Under the pieces are notes generated by a model, which was not told the origin of the DNA, made no database searches, and saw only the letters and a list, made by a program, of their open reading frames with translations. From assembly GCA_028826165.1 (NCBI GenBank), contig JAPDFW010000018.1, forward strand, positions 1 through 64,000: a stretch of 64,000 bases of DNA, given 5' to 3'. Below are positions 62,240-64,000 of the stretch, piece after piece (the first letter of the stretch is position 1; the number at the start of each line of letters is the position of its first letter). This stretch comes from Anaeramoeba ignava BMAN. Its lineage: Eukaryota; Protista; Anaeramoebae. The position numbers and the translations under genes were made by a program.

Positions 62240-64000
62240 TTAATCTTGATGATTAAATTTGTTAATTAATAAATCAAATAAATTTGGATTTGTTTGATTT
62301 AATTGAAAATAATCAATTCCAATTTGAATTTCATTAATTATTTCTTGTGTAATTTCAATTTCTTCTTTAATTTGATTTGAATAAATCCAATATTCAAATA
62401 TTTGAAATGATTTATTACTTAATTCACTATAATCTGTAACTTTATTAGATTTATCATTTGTTACAGATAAAAACATTCCTCGATATAATTCACTTCTCAT
62501 TATTAATATTAATTTAGGAAATTTATATTGTTTTTCTTCTCTTTCAATAATAAAATCTTTTTCATTTTCATTTTCATTTTCATTTAAATAAATTCTTTTC
62601 ATTGTTTCTTCAATTTTTTCATTTGAATTTATAATTTCTTTAATTTCAGAATATAATTTTGGATTTATTTTAGAATTGTTTGAATAAATCATTTCAAATA
62701 TTTGATTTGATTCTTTAATTGATTTACTTGAAATAATTTCTTGAAGTTTTTCAATTTGATTTTGATTTTGATTTAATCTATATTTCAATATTAATTTATG
62801 AGCTTCAATTATTTCTCCATTTTCGGTTTTAAATGAAATATCACAAAATTCTTTTCTTCTAAATAGTTTTATCAAATCTTCTTCAAGATTAGAAAAAGAA
62901 GGAGGAGAATAATAAAGAAAGGAATTTTCATATCCACAATAGATATGATAATTAGAAATATTTTCATTAAATCTTAATTTAGGAAATTCAATTTGAATTG
63001 GAATATATTGAGATTCTGTATTTCCAGTTCCTAATTCACCATACATATTATCTCCAAAACCTATTAATTTTGAATTGGAAGTTAAAATCAAAGTATGAAT
63101 ATGACCAACAGAAAAATCAAGAATATTATCATTTTCAAATAAAGATGATTTGATTTCAGTAAATTCATATATATATTCATCATCTTTGCCAAGTGCATTA
63201 AATTCCCAATATCCACATGAATAAAGTTTTCTTTTTGGATTTTCATCTTCATTTTCAATCAACATTATTGAATGATACCATCCACATTTAATATCAATTA
63301 TTTTACCTTTTGGAATATTTTGGATTTTGGTTAATTTTTGAATTTTTATTTCTTCTTTTCTTGAATATCCTAATCCAAGTTGACCAAATCTATTATCGCC
63401 AAATCCAAATAATTCTTGATTTGAATTTAAAAGAAAAACAGAATTTGAAGAATTTCCTGAAAATATTTTAGAAACATTTTTCATCATTAAAATTGGTTTT
63501 TCTGTTTCTTCAAGTGTTTCAGAATCAAAACCAAGTTGACTAAATTTATTTGAACCAAATCCATAAACATTTTGATTTGAAGTTAATAAGTAAATTGAAC
63601 TATTTCCAGAAACAATATCTTTGATTATTCTATCATTTGTATCTTCAATTAATGATGAAATATTGATAAATTTATTTGGATTTTTTGAATTAATATCTCT
63701 TCCTTTGGCAAATACATTTCCTTCTATTGTTAAAATAGCTTCATTTGAATTACCAACAGTTACTTTTTGAATATTTTCTTCAATTTGGATTTTTGAAGGT
63801 TTTTGATTTGAATTATTTAAATATTCTATTGCTTTTCCATTTTCAAAAAGGAAAGTTGTTGAAAAATAACCTGTTGCAATTTGTTTAATTTGTTTTTCAT
63901 CTTCATCTTCATTTTCATTTTCATTTTCATTTTCAAATTTAAATTGGATTGGTTTTGTTATTCTTATCTGTTGATTTGAAAAAATTGAAGAGTTTTTACC
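62240..64000 (-). CDS. RCC1-repeat + BTB protein, 5' end beyond the window
   Basis: GDNRFGQLG and GDNMYGELG RCC1 repeats; FCDISF..AHKLIL and RSELYRGMFLSV BTB motifs; coding-like frame continues to the window edge. Confidence 0.85.
   Translation of the reverse strand, partial: GKNSSIFSNQQIRITKPIQFKFENENENENEDEDEKQIKQIATGYFSTTFLFENGKAIEYLNNSNQKPSKIQIEENIQKVTVGNSNEAILTIEGNVFAKGRDINSKNPNKFINISSLIEDTNDRIIKDIVSGNSSIYLLTSNQNVYGFGSNKFSQLGFDSETLEETEKPILMMKNVSKIFSGNSSNSVFLLNSNQELFGFGDNRFGQLGLGYSRKEEIKIQKLTKIQNIPKGKIIDIKCGWYHSIMLIENEDENPKRKLYSCGYWEFNALGKDDEYIYEFTEIKSSLFENDNILDFSVGHIHTLILTSNSKLIGFGDNMYGELGTGNTESQYIPIQIEFPKLRFNENISNYHIYCGYENSFLYYSPPSFSNLEEDLIKLFRRKEFCDISFKTENGEIIEAHKLILKYRLNQNQNQIEKLQEIISSKSIKESNQIFEMIYSNNSKINPKLYSEIKEIINSNEKIEETMKRIYLNENENENEKDFIIEREEKQYKFPKLILIMRSELYRGMFLSVTNDKSNKVTDYSELSNKSFQIFEYWIYSNQIKEEIEITQEIINEIQIGIDYFQLNQTNPNLFDLLINKFNHQD

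Noticed and set aside
12955-64000. Inteins in the conserved genes
   Set aside because: No C/S...HN-C/S/T bounded insertions or homing-endonuclease motifs were seen, and protein lengths match their families.

Overview
This is a very AT-rich eukaryotic (protist) genomic window using the standard code and GT-AG introns. The many BTB/RCC1/TLDc genes and NQ/NE-rich repeats suggest an Anaeramoeba-like metamonad amoeba, which is an inference only. Protein genes: several BTB-family genes (many frameshifted, probably long-read indel errors), an 11-exon CAND1, a CCDC96/CFAP184-like gene, a histone H3 variant with a repeat-expanded tail, a degenerate protein O-mannosyltransferase, an ArfGAP, RMND5/GID2, an FG-less Nup58/Nup49-like gene, three tandem NRF-6/acyltransferase-3 genes, an RCC1-F-box-Arf fusion, and two tandem FG-GAP propeller/FN3 surface receptors. 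Other elements: tRNA-Lys(CTT), an apparently intact pogo-type DD35D transposon whose transposase carries a Ulp1/C48-like protease, a deleted Harbinger/ISL2EU-like element inside an 11-bp satellite, and an orphan DHHC last exon. The most striking unexplained structure is an 8-copy, ~172-bp tandem array (38.3-39.7 kb). Each unit holds a fully paired 29-bp hairpin in which every non-Watson-Crick position is G-U on the + strand. This points to a cluster of structured, pre-miRNA/shRNA-like RNAs rather than a plain satellite.
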